Shown here piece by piece: positions 1 to 6,155 of a stretch of DNA of 40,936 bases. Position 1 is the stretch's first letter. Each line of letters opens with the position of its first letter. The notes under the pieces were generated by a model. It searched no databases and was not told where the DNA came from. It worked only from the letters and a program-made list of their open reading frames with translations. The position numbers and the translations under genes are program-made. Origin of the DNA: a virus (taxonomy: Duplodnaviria; Caudoviricetes); IMG/VR virus record IMGVR_UViG_3300032320_002821, positions 1 to 40,936 of that record. One strand, 5' to 3'.

Positions 1-2
1 AG

Positions 3-78
3 TGGAAGGGGCGGGAGTTGCACCCACATATTCACGCTTATAAGGCATGCGCTCTAACTACGATTCAGCCACCCTTCC
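3..78 (-). tRNA. trnI: tRNA-Ile (anticodon UAU)
   Basis: Reverse complement folds as a cloverleaf: acceptor GGAAGGG/CCCTTCC, anticodon arm CATGC-CTTATAA-GCGTG, T arm GTGGG-TGCAACT-CCCGC. CCA is not encoded. Confidence 0.9.
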
Positions 79-184
79 GTGGTGAAGCCTTCTTACGGAT
101 GCTTCCTCGTCCGTGCAACCGTAGGTTGCCTCTATGCGGTTGTTTTAGGTACCGCCAAACTGCATTAATAATATAACCATCTTG
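79..184 (-). ncRNA. candidate structured RNA or tRNA leader ending in a pseudoknot and ACCA
   Basis: Lies between a sigma70 promoter (191-218) and tRNA-Ile with no ORF. Hairpins GCGGT/ACCGC, GCAACC/GGTTGC and ACGGA/TCCGT; loop GAAGC is complementary to downstream GCTTC. Confidence 0.4.
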
Positions 185-190
185 ATTCAC

Positions 191-218
191 ATTGTAGCAC
201 CTCTTTTGGAGTTGTCAA
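191..218 (-). promoter_or_regulatory. sigma70-type promoter
   Basis: TTGACA-16 bp-TACAAT with TGn extended -10. Confidence 0.75.
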
Positions 219-361
219 GTCTCGGGGAAAGGAATCACGACCTGCAACATGCAGTCGTTGCACAGTTCGAATGCTTCCCAATCTTCACCACCGGGATAGT
301 CAATGCGAACCTTGGTCAGTTCTTCCTCAAACTCTTCGTTGCATCCGCAGCAAGTGTTCAC
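215..361 (-). CDS. small zinc-finger-like protein (48 aa; not in ORF track)
   Basis: GTG start overlaps the upstream TGA, with a GGAGG SD. MNTCCGCNEE...ELCNDCMLQ carries two CxxC pairs. Confidence 0.7.
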   Translation of the reverse strand: MNTCCGCNEEFEEELTKVRIDYPGGEDWEAFELCNDCMLQVVIPFPET

Positions 362-624
362 TTGCCGTCCTCCTTGAAGCAGTCCCAACCGCGAGACTCT
401 GCGAAGTGGAGCATGGTTCCATGCTTCACATATCCGCCCTCGTCCATAGCGGCATGCTCACAACACAGCCGCCTCGCCTCGTCGCGCTCGGCGCGGAGGG
501 TTGCGTTCTCGCGCTCCAGTTCACGGGCAAACTCTGCACGAACAATGAACTCCGACCGCAGACCGTCATCACTCCACCAGTTTGTTTCTGCTGCGTCGGT
601 GCGTGGTGTTTGGGTGTTGCTCAT
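358..624 (-). CDS. hypothetical early protein
   Basis: ATGA coupling with the upstream gene and GAGGAGG SD; TPRTDA N-terminus; ERDEARR..C...RGW motif shared with its neighbour. Confidence 0.8.
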   Translation of the reverse strand: MSNTQTPRTDAAETNWWSDDGLRSEFIVRAEFARELERENATLRAERDEARRLCCEHAAMDEGGYVKHGTMLHFAESRGWDCFKEDGK

Positions 625-914
625 TCGTCGTCCTCCTCAAGTAGGTAGCACCACCCACGGGCGGTAGCATGAAACTCTGGGGTGTCTCCATCACAACTCT
701 GTGTGACATTACGAGACAACATAAAGCAAACTTCCCGCCTCGCCTCGTCGCGCTCTTCACGGAGCCGTTCAATCTCCTTGATCGCGCAGTTGATGTAGTG
801 CGCTGCGGTCGCGGGGGAGTCGAAGTGTCCTCCGTCCTCAATGGTTGCGGCAATTTGCTGCAGTCGGGGGATGGGGTCGAAGTTGCTCATGTGTGCAGTT
901 AGAGGTGCGGGCAT
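621..914 (-). CDS. hypothetical early protein
   Basis: Leaderless promoter directly upstream; ERDEARR..C...RGW motif. Confidence 0.8.
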   Translation of the reverse strand: MPAPLTAHMSNFDPIPRLQQIAATIEDGGHFDSPATAAHYINCAIKEIERLREERDEARREVCFMLSRNVTQSCDGDTPEFHATARGWCYLLEEDDE

Positions 915-920
915 GGTTGC

Positions 921-949
921 ATTGTACCAGTTGGTGATGGGGTTGTCAA
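921..949 (-). promoter_or_regulatory. sigma70 early promoter, leaderless
   Basis: TTGACA-17-TACAAT-6 nt-ATG(914). Confidence 0.85.
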
Positions 950-960
950 GTGTCTTAGAA

Positions 961-968
961 TCTAAATA
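961..968 (+). promoter_or_regulatory. T4-type late promoter
   Basis: TCTAAATA 8 nt before the HNH ATG. Confidence 0.6.
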
Positions 969-976
969 TCTAAGAC

Positions 977-1363
977 ATGAAGAAATGCTCTACTTGCCAA
1001 TCGATCAAACCTCTCGCAGACTTTTACAAGAAAGGAAAGTCTGGTAGAACCAATAGTCTATGCAAGAAATGTTTTAACAAATTTTGCCAAGACAGATGGG
1101 TTCAGCGAAAGAAAGAGATGATTGAACTCCTTGGTGGAAAGTGTTGCAGGTGTGGTTACTCTAAGTGTTACGAGGCTTTAGAGTTTCACCACACAGATCC
1201 TGCAACCAAAAATTTTGATTGGAAAAAGGCGAGAGGGGTTTCTTATGACAAGATGGTTGCTGAGGTCAATAAATGTGACCTAGTTTGTGCCAACTGTCAT
1301 AGAGAAATACATTCAACGTTCCCGGTGGGAGTTGCACCCACACCACTCAATTTAGAAGATTGA
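977..1363 (+). CDS. HNH homing endonuclease-like protein
   Basis: N-terminal CxxC...CxxC, then CCRCGY...LEFHH.DP...KCDLVCANCHREIH HNH core. AT-rich and antisense to the tRNA cluster. Confidence 0.85.
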   Translation: MKKCSTCQSIKPLADFYKKGKSGRTNSLCKKCFNKFCQDRWVQRKKEMIELLGGKCCRCGYSKCYEALEFHHTDPATKNFDWKKARGVSYDKMVAEVNKCDLVCANCHREIHSTFPVGVAPTPLNLED

Positions 1364-1389
1364 TGCCCTGTCTATTAGGCTACGGGAAC
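1317..1389 (-). tRNA. trnR: tRNA-Arg (anticodon UCU)
   Basis: GTTCCCG/CGGGAAC acceptor; TCAAT-CTTCTAA-ATTGA anticodon arm; GTGGG-TGCAACT-CCCAC T arm. Confidence 0.9.
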
Positions 1390-1398
1390 TAGTCGAAA

Positions 1399-1471
1399 TA
1401 GCATCGGTGGGACTCGAACCCACACTTGATTGATTTTGAGTCAATTGACTCTGCCGTTGGTCTACGATGCC
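1399..1471 (-). tRNA. trnL: tRNA-Leu (anticodon CAA), short variable region
   Basis: GGCATCG/CGATGCT acceptor; ATTGA-CTCAAAA-TCAAT anticodon arm; GTGGG-TTCGAGT-CCCAC T arm. Confidence 0.9.
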
Positions 1472-1479
1472 ATGTGTTC

Positions 1480-1508
1480 ATTCTACTTCAGAAGTGGCCC
1501 CTTGTCAA
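1480..1508 (-). promoter_or_regulatory. sigma70 promoter for tRNA-Leu/Arg
   Basis: TTGACA-17-TAGAAT, 8 nt before the tRNA 5' end. Confidence 0.8.
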
Positions 1509-1755
1509 GTCCAAACTTGGCATGAAGTTCCTCATAGAACTCTCCGTTGGGTCGAACAACGGACTCATGCAGTCGGTTGCCATTGAGAGCAAGTTGGGCT
1601 GCGTCCACCGCGTCGAAGTAGGCGTCCATCAGTTCCTTCGGGGGATTGGCGTTGCCTTCCAACCAATGCTCCACGATGAGGTCTGCGACGATGTTGACGC
1701 GGTCGTACATCTGAAGGGCGAAGATTTGCGGATCGAAATGAAGTGGGTCTGTCAT
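1483..1755 (-). CDS. hypothetical protein (start corrected to MTDPLHF)
   Basis: The track start lies inside tRNA-Lys. The ATG at 1755 is 2 nt after the tRNA 3' end. Confidence 0.7.
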   Translation of the reverse strand: MTDPLHFDPQIFALQMYDRVNIVADLIVEHWLEGNANPPKELMDAYFDAVDAAQLALNGNRLHESVVRPNGEFYEELHAKFGLDKGPLLK

Positions 1756-1757
1756 AA

Positions 1758-1830
1758 TGGGTCCGGTGGGGTTCGAACCCACGACCAAGAAATTAAAAGT
1801 TTCCTGCGCTACCAACTGCGCTACGAACCC
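1758..1830 (-). tRNA. trnK: tRNA-Lys (anticodon UUU)
   Basis: GGGTTCG/CGGACCC acceptor; GGAAA-CTTTTAA-TTTCT anticodon arm; GTGGG-TTCGAAC-CCCAC T arm. Confidence 0.92.
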
Positions 1831-1839
1831 GTGATGCCC

Positions 1840-1868
1840 ATTGTAACCGATGGGCGCGGGATTTGCAA
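1840..1868 (-). promoter_or_regulatory. sigma70 promoter for tRNA-Lys
   Basis: TTGCAA-17-TACAAT. Confidence 0.8.
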
Positions 1869-1869
1869 G

Positions 1870-2229
1870 TCACTCCTCGTTTTCTTCCCCGCCGTCCAGT
1901 TCGCCGTCCGCGTACATCTGCTTCTCCTCGTCACAGGCGAAGTCCCGCGTCAGGCGGATCATGTCGTTGAGGAGCATCATGAACGCACCGCCGAACACAT
2001 GGCAGGTCGGCTCCTCACCTCGCTCCATGATCTCCTGCAAGTCGTTGTTCACATCGGCAACGATGTTGACGAGGATGAGGCGGATCGCCGGGTCGCAGTA
2101 CCAGTCCGGACGCTTGCTGACGAGGAGCATCAGACCGTGGATCTTCTGTTCGAAGGTCGGCTTGAACTTCTCGTCCTTGATGATGTTGGTCGGGTCGTTG
2201 AAGAAGTTTTCGAACTTGTTCTTGCTCAT
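1870..2229 (-). CDS. hypothetical protein
   Basis: ATGA-coupled to the upstream gene; GC3-rich codons. Confidence 0.8.
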   Translation of the reverse strand: MSKNKFENFFNDPTNIIKDEKFKPTFEQKIHGLMLLVSKRPDWYCDPAIRLILVNIVADVNNDLQEIMERGEEPTCHVFGGAFMMLLNDMIRLTRDFACDEEKQMYADGELDGGEENEE

Positions 2230-2462
2230 GTCATGCTTTCGTTGAGGGTCTTGCAGAGGTCGATCACGAACGCATACTCCTCGTCCGTGCAGCAGTTGGG
2301 GTCGGGGCAGGCGATCTTGAGGACGGAGAGGGCAATCGCCATCTTCGCCATCAGGTTGGAGTCCTCGTTCCAGTTCGGGTTGTCATCCACGAACTTGTAG
2401 ATCTCGTTGAGGAGGTCGCTCGTATCGGTGGTGGTCGGGGTCGTGGGGCGGTGCTTGCTCAT
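2226..2462 (-). CDS. hypothetical early protein
   Basis: Leaderless promoter 2469-2497. Confidence 0.8.
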   Translation of the reverse strand: MSKHRPTTPTTTDTSDLLNEIYKFVDDNPNWNEDSNLMAKMAIALSVLKIACPDPNCCTDEEYAFVIDLCKTLNESMT

Positions 2463-2767
2463 AGGGCTATTTTAGCAGATTCGGAGGCGGAATGCAAGAC
2501 CACGGCGTAGAAATGTTTGATTTGTTTCGTGAGGCGGATGAAGAGGTCGATCTGGTTCTTTGAGGTGTCCTCCGGAAACTCCACGATGTAGGTGAAGTTG
2601 TCGATGCCGAAGGTCGTGCTCACATCAAGCGTGAGCAGAATGCCCGTGTCGCCCGGGAACGCGAGAGCCAAGGCATGGAGGATGCTCCTCGTACACTTCT
2701 TGTGTCTGCGGGTTGTCCATCCACGGCTCGAGGTTCCGGGGAACGCGGCTAGTGCCTTAACGATCAT
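2459..2767 (-). CDS. hypothetical protein
   Basis: ATGA-coupled to 2764..2997 with a GAGGA SD. Confidence 0.7.
   Translation of the reverse strand: MIVKALAAFPGTSSRGWTTRRHKKCTRSILHALALAFPGDTGILLTLDVSTTFGIDNFTYIVEFPEDTSKNQIDLFIRLTKQIKHFYAVVLHSASESAKIAL
2469..2497 (-). promoter_or_regulatory. sigma70 early promoter, leaderless
   Basis: TTGCAT-17-TAAAAT-6-ATG(2462). Confidence 0.8.
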
Positions 2768-2997
2768 CCGAAGTCCTCCTCGTCAACGAAGTCCGGAATG
2801 TCCTTGTCGTTGTCATCGAAGCAGTACTCGTCATCATCAGCGTCGTACTCGCCAGCCATGCGCTTGGCTTCCTCCTCGCTGTAGCCCTCCGCGATCAGTT
2901 CCGCCACGAAGTCCTCGTCGTTGAAGGAGTCATCGTAGGGGATGAGGTCGAAGGGGCTGTCGGTGTCGATGTCGTTGGTGTCGGGTGAATTGCTCAT
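2764..2997 (-). CDS. highly acidic small early protein
   Basis: 30 D/E versus 3 K/R in 77 aa; leaderless promoter. Confidence 0.85.
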   Translation of the reverse strand: MSNSPDTNDIDTDSPFDLIPYDDSFNDEDFVAELIAEGYSEEEAKRMAGEYDADDDEYCFDDNDKDIPDFVDEEDFG

Positions 2998-3003
2998 GCG
3001 TGC

Positions 3004-3032
3004 ATTGTAACCGATGATCCGGGGGGATGCAA
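3004..3032 (-). promoter_or_regulatory. sigma70 early promoter, leaderless
   Basis: TTGCAT-17-TACAAT-6-ATG(2997). Confidence 0.85.
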
Positions 3033-3081
3033 GTCTATGCGAAGATTTTTTTTCTTATCGGACGCTCGAGGTCGTCCAGGA

Positions 3082-3139
3082 CTACTATCCGGCAGGTGGC
3101 GCAAAACATCCGGAGTCCCCCAAGGACTCCGGATAGTAG
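3082..3139. repeat. nested inverted-repeat element, copy 1
   Basis: CTACTATCCGG...ATCCGGAGTCC-cccaa-GGACTCCGGAT-AGTAG. Confidence 0.9.
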
Positions 3140-3336
3140 CTCAAAGAACATGACCCGCCCTAAAGAGGAACGGGTCAGAGGTTTGAAAGGCACAGCCATC
3201 CTTTCGTGCCGGAGCCAGTTGCACCTGGCGCCAGTTTCCAACCGAGTATCCGGTCAAGGTTGGGTGACTGTATTTGTTTAGTCTCCCTCCCTGCCCCCTT
3301 GCGGGGGCAGGGAGGGCGTCCCATGCCCTATGGGAC
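3140..3336 (-). ncRNA. candidate multi-hairpin RNA or structured 3' UTR
   Basis: About six consecutive stems, including a 14-bp stem with a GCAA tetraloop on the minus strand. No credible ORF. Confidence 0.35.
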
Positions 3337-3337
3337 T

Positions 3338-3712
3338 TTAGCACACCGCGCCGAACTTCGCAAAGTGTGCCGTGTACGCTCGCTCCACGACCTGCTCAAG
3401 CGGGGCAATCGGGCGATTGCCTTCCCGCACCGCAGTCTCCGCTGCCTTCGCGTAGAACGACAGGTTCTCGCTGTGGATCATGTCGATGAACTTCTTGCTG
3501 TCGCCGTACAGCACCTCCACGATGGCGAGGACGAGAGCCGCCTCCTCCTTCGTGAACCAAGACGGCGGGAAGGAGACTGCGATCTCGCACATGGCGAGGG
3601 TCGCGTTCGTCTCCTCGCTGTTGGCGCGGATGCGGTCGATCTGCTTGCCGCAGGAGGCGAGGGCGGCGACGAGGTCGGTGACTTCTGCGAGACGGTTCGG
3701 GGTGTTGCTCAT
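3338..3712 (-). CDS. hypothetical early protein
   Basis: Leaderless promoter 3719-3747. Confidence 0.85.
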   Translation of the reverse strand: MSNTPNRLAEVTDLVAALASCGKQIDRIRANSEETNATLAMCEIAVSFPPSWFTKEEAALVLAIVEVLYGDSKKFIDMIHSENLSFYAKAAETAVREGNRPIAPLEQVVERAYTAHFAKFGAVC

Positions 3713-3718
3713 GGGCGT

Positions 3719-3747
3719 ATTGTACCAGTTCGGGGAGCGGAATTCAA
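3719..3747 (-). promoter_or_regulatory. sigma70 early promoter, leaderless
   Basis: TTGAAT-17-TACAAT-6-ATG(3712). Confidence 0.85.
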
Positions 3748-3763
3748 CTCGGGCGAGAAGAAT

Positions 3764-4042
3764 TTAAAAGAATTCGCTGTACGAGAGAGCCTGCGATTCG
3801 TGGAAGGAGATCCAGTCCCGCTTCTCAAGGTCGTACATCACGACCATGCCAGCCGGAACGCTCCGGACATACTTCGGCAGTTTGTCGTTCGGGATGTATT
3901 CCTGATTCGTGGTCACGAACGCCTCGCGCTCGGTTCCGTCCTTCTTTCTGAACAGAACCTTGATGCGCTTGCCGGAGGAGAGGGAGAAACGGATCTCGTC
4001 GGAGATTTCCTTCGGAGTGAAGGTGGGGAGCAGGGGAGTCAT
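3764..4042 (-). CDS. WYL_2/DUF2693-like SH3 beta-barrel protein
   Basis: V.F.KKDG..R....T...IP...YDLEK..W.SF signature; AAGGA SD. Confidence 0.8.
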   Translation of the reverse strand: MTPLLPTFTPKEISDEIRFSLSSGKRIKVLFRKKDGTEREAFVTTNQEYIPNDKLPKYVRSVPAGMVVMYDLEKRDWISFHESQALSYSEFF

Positions 4043-4055
4043 GGTTGTCCTTTTG

Positions 4056-4301
4056 TTAGGCTTTGAGGCGGCGGTCGATGCAGATGGACAGGGCTTCGTC
4101 CAGTTCGCGGTAGTCCTTGATCGCGTTGGTGAAGGTGTCCGGGTCGATCTTCGTCCCGGTGTTGTTGTGCCGGATGCAGACCTGCTCCATGAGCAGCATG
4201 ATTCCGCAGAGGCGACCGTAGAGGTACGCGTAGCGCTGTCCGGGATCCTGAAAGGAGCAGATCTTGGTGACGGTCGGGGAGTCGGTGGTGGTGGTGCTCA
4301 T
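4056..4301 (-). CDS. hypothetical early protein
   Basis: Leaderless promoter 4308-4336. Confidence 0.85.
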   Translation of the reverse strand: MSTTTTDSPTVTKICSFQDPGQRYAYLYGRLCGIMLLMEQVCIRHNNTGTKIDPDTFTNAIKDYRELDEALSICIDRRLKA

Positions 4302-4307
4302 GGGTGT

Positions 4308-4336
4308 ATTGTATCAGGTGTTCGGGGCGAATGCAA
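4308..4336 (-). promoter_or_regulatory. sigma70 early promoter, leaderless
   Basis: TTGCAT-17-TACAAT-6-ATG(4301). Confidence 0.85.
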
Positions 4337-4375
4337 CTCGGGGCGAAAGATTTTTGAGGATTTTTGTGGGCCGGG

Positions 4376-4780
4376 TCACTTCGTGTATGACCCGCTCCCG
4401 TACTTGGCGTTCCAGTCCTGCGCGAGGGCTTCGACCCGGCTCATGAAAGCGGCGGGGCAGTCCATGCGGAGGGTCACGATGTTCCCGTCCTCGTGACCTG
4501 CGAGGATCGCATCCCCCATGAGCGGGATCCCGGCGATGATCGACGCACGGGTGTTCATCAGATTCTGCTTCATGGCTCCCTCCTCATCGACCCACAGGGC
4601 AACGGGGGCATCGGTGGAGGCGAGTCGAGCGAGGCACTCCACATAGTCGCAGTTAAGGAGGGAGTACATGTCGCGGAGCGGGTTGTCGCTGATCAGCGGC
4701 ACGACACGGATCGGCTGCTCCATGTTGGCGGGGATGAGGAGGGCGATGACGGGGGAGGCGTTGGAGGTGGTGCGGGGCAT
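4376..4780 (-). CDS. DUF3846-like protein
   Basis: L..MY.LL.C..VE...LWVDEEG....N.RAS....L.GD.IL.G pattern. Confidence 0.75.
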   Translation of the reverse strand: MPRTTSNASPVIALLIPANMEQPIRVVPLISDNPLRDMYSLLNCDYVECLARLASTDAPVALWVDEEGAMKQNLMNTRASIIAGIPLMGDAILAGHEDGNIVTLRMDCPAAFMSRVEALAQDWNAKYGSGSYTK

Positions 4781-4786
4781 GCGTAG

Positions 4787-4815
4787 ATTGTAACCGATGG
4801 GGCTCGAGAATTCAA
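4787..4815 (-). promoter_or_regulatory. sigma70 early promoter, leaderless
   Basis: TTGAAT-17-TACAAT-6-ATG(4780). Confidence 0.85.
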
Positions 4816-4864
4816 CCGGGGGGAACGGAATTTCTTAGAAATATTTGAGGGCGTCCGGGGGCGA

Positions 4865-4931
4865 CTACTATCCGGCCGCGTCCGATAAAACGGGGAGTCC
4901 GGGTGCCCCCGTGGGGGCACCCGGATAGTAG
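4865..4931. repeat. nested inverted-repeat element, copy 2
   Basis: CTACTATCCGG...TCCGGGTGCCCCC-gt-GGGGGCACCCGGA-TAGTAG. Confidence 0.9.
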
Positions 4932-4933
4932 CC

Positions 4934-5074
4934 CTACCCTCCTCGGGCTACCTCCCGCTTTCCCTCCCTCCTCAATGCTCGAGGATCGCGGGTCTTCTTG
5001 CCCCAGGTCTTGGGTCGGAGGCGGATTCCCTCGCGGAAAGCCTCATGCACGAATCGTCCGGGTCGGTGGTTCAT
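4934..5074 (-). CDS. small basic protein (46 aa; not in ORF track)
   Basis: ATG 1 nt after the upstream TGA; MNHRPGRFVHEAFREGIRLRPKTWGKKTRDPRALRREGKREVARGG fills the gap exactly. Confidence 0.6.
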   Translation of the reverse strand: MNHRPGRFVHEAFREGIRLRPKTWGKKTRDPRALRREGKREVARGG

Positions 5075-5075
5075 G

Positions 5076-5603
5076 TCAGTCCGCCTTTCCGCGAATGAGG
5101 ATCCAAATCAGCGCCTGCATCACGGCGGGCTGGTAGCCGTAGTCGGCAGCGACCATCCGCACCGCCTCCGCGATCTCCCGGTACTCGCGCTTATTCGGCG
5201 CGTCCTTGCCCAGTCCGGCAGCGCGGCACATCCACACATCCACGACCACGGCATTCATGTCGCCGCTGATGGCACGGGCGAAGGCGTTGGTCTTAAGCCC
5301 GTTCAGCCCGTCGAACCCCATCCGGACGCAACGGTCGGCGGCAACGACATGGGAGCGGAGTCCCTTCGGCGTGGTGCCCTGCGCGTACTGCTGCGCCTTC
5401 ACCTTATTGTGCGCCCAAGTGACGCGGGGCGAGAATGCGGAGACAACGCTGCACGCCACTTCGAGGTTCCATCCGGTGCTGTCGCGGAGCGACTGCGCGA
5501 ACCGGGAAGCCTCACCGTACCAACGCTCGGCAGCGTAGTAGTCGAAGAGGGTAGCGGACGAGAGGAGGGACGAGAAACGGGCGGCGTAGGTGGTGCTGTT
5601 CAT
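5076..5603 (-). CDS. conserved phage protein with HhH-GPD glycosylase-like motifs (start MNSTTY)
   Basis: WY...SAFSPR..W..N...GLKT..F...VVVDVWM.RAA...QA..W; leaderless promoter. Confidence 0.7.
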   Translation of the reverse strand: MNSTTYAARFSSLLSSATLFDYYAAERWYGEASRFAQSLRDSTGWNLEVACSVVSAFSPRVTWAHNKVKAQQYAQGTTPKGLRSHVVAADRCVRMGFDGLNGLKTNAFARAISGDMNAVVVDVWMCRAAGLGKDAPNKREYREIAEAVRMVAADYGYQPAVMQALIWILIRGKAD

Positions 5604-5609
5604 GCGTGT

Positions 5610-5638
5610 ATTGTAACCGATCCCGATGCGGAATGCAA
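5610..5638 (-). promoter_or_regulatory. sigma70 early promoter, leaderless
   Basis: TTGCAT-17-TACAAT-6-ATG(5603). Confidence 0.85.
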
Positions 5639-5700
5639 CCCGGTGCAAAAAAATTTCTTATATTCTCGTTATCGGGCTCGAGGCGTCCAGGTGCGGGGGA

Positions 5701-5763
5701 CTACTATCCGCCCAGGGCGCGACCAGTCCCATAGCATCCGGCAGCTCCGCTGCCGGATAGTAG
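5701..5763. repeat. nested inverted-repeat element, copy 3
   Basis: CTACTATCCG...ATCCGGCAGC-tcc-GCTGCCGGAT-AGTAG. Confidence 0.9.
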
Positions 5764-5796
5764 TAAAGCCCCCCGACCCAACGTAGGGCCGAGGGG

Positions 5797-5817
5797 GTTA
5801 CTGGCACCACCCAGTTA
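5797..5817. repeat. 21-nt exact direct repeat (second copy at 6756-6776)
   Basis: GTTACTGGCACCACCCAGTTA occurs twice. Confidence 0.95.
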
Positions 5818-6075
5818 GGTCTTGAGGGGCATACCCATGCCCTCCCGGAGTCCGGCGCGGTAGGCGTGAATCAGGTCGAGCAGTTCCCGCTTGCTGCGGT
5901 AGCCCGTGGTCACGGACTCGTTCCCTCCGGACGGGTGAATCCTCTGCAACTGCCAACCACCGTAGGCTCCTGCTAGAATGTACGATCCGGGCTGGTGGGC
6001 GACCGGGTTCGCTCCGACCATTTGGTTGAGGATGCGGACGGCGGAGTTGAGTTCGATCTTGGTGGTGCGCTTCAT
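5815..6075 (-). CDS. hypothetical early protein
   Basis: Leaderless promoter; GAYGGWQL...GY.SKREL motif. Confidence 0.85.
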   Translation of the reverse strand: MKRTTKIELNSAVRILNQMVGANPVAHQPGSYILAGAYGGWQLQRIHPSGGNESVTTGYRSKRELLDLIHAYRAGLREGMGMPLKT

Positions 6076-6081
6076 GACTTT

Positions 6082-6110
6082 ATTTTATCCTTTCTTGTCC
6101 GGGGATTCAA
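6082..6110 (-). promoter_or_regulatory. sigma70 early promoter, leaderless
   Basis: TTGAAT-17-TAAAAT-6-ATG(6075). Confidence 0.8.
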
Positions 6111-6155
6111 GGGGGCGGGAGAGATTTCTCTCAATCCCGCCCCCCTATCCGGGGG

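Noticed and set aside
1426-2400. 324-aa plus-strand ORF (also 182..667, 3206..4066, 3909..4496, 4998..5786)
   Set aside because: These are antisense shadows of GC3-rich minus-strand genes and tRNAs; promoters and gene coupling support the minus strand.
3190-3260. Known riboswitch, ribozyme or tRNA in the structured gap
   Set aside because: GGTGCAAC resembles the local T-loops, but no cloverleaf or recognisable c-di-GMP or hammerhead consensus could be built.
3035-3344. Small minus-strand ORFs 3035..3241 and 3141..3344
   Set aside because: They run through hairpins and a repeat element, have weak starts and lack the codon pattern of neighbouring genes.
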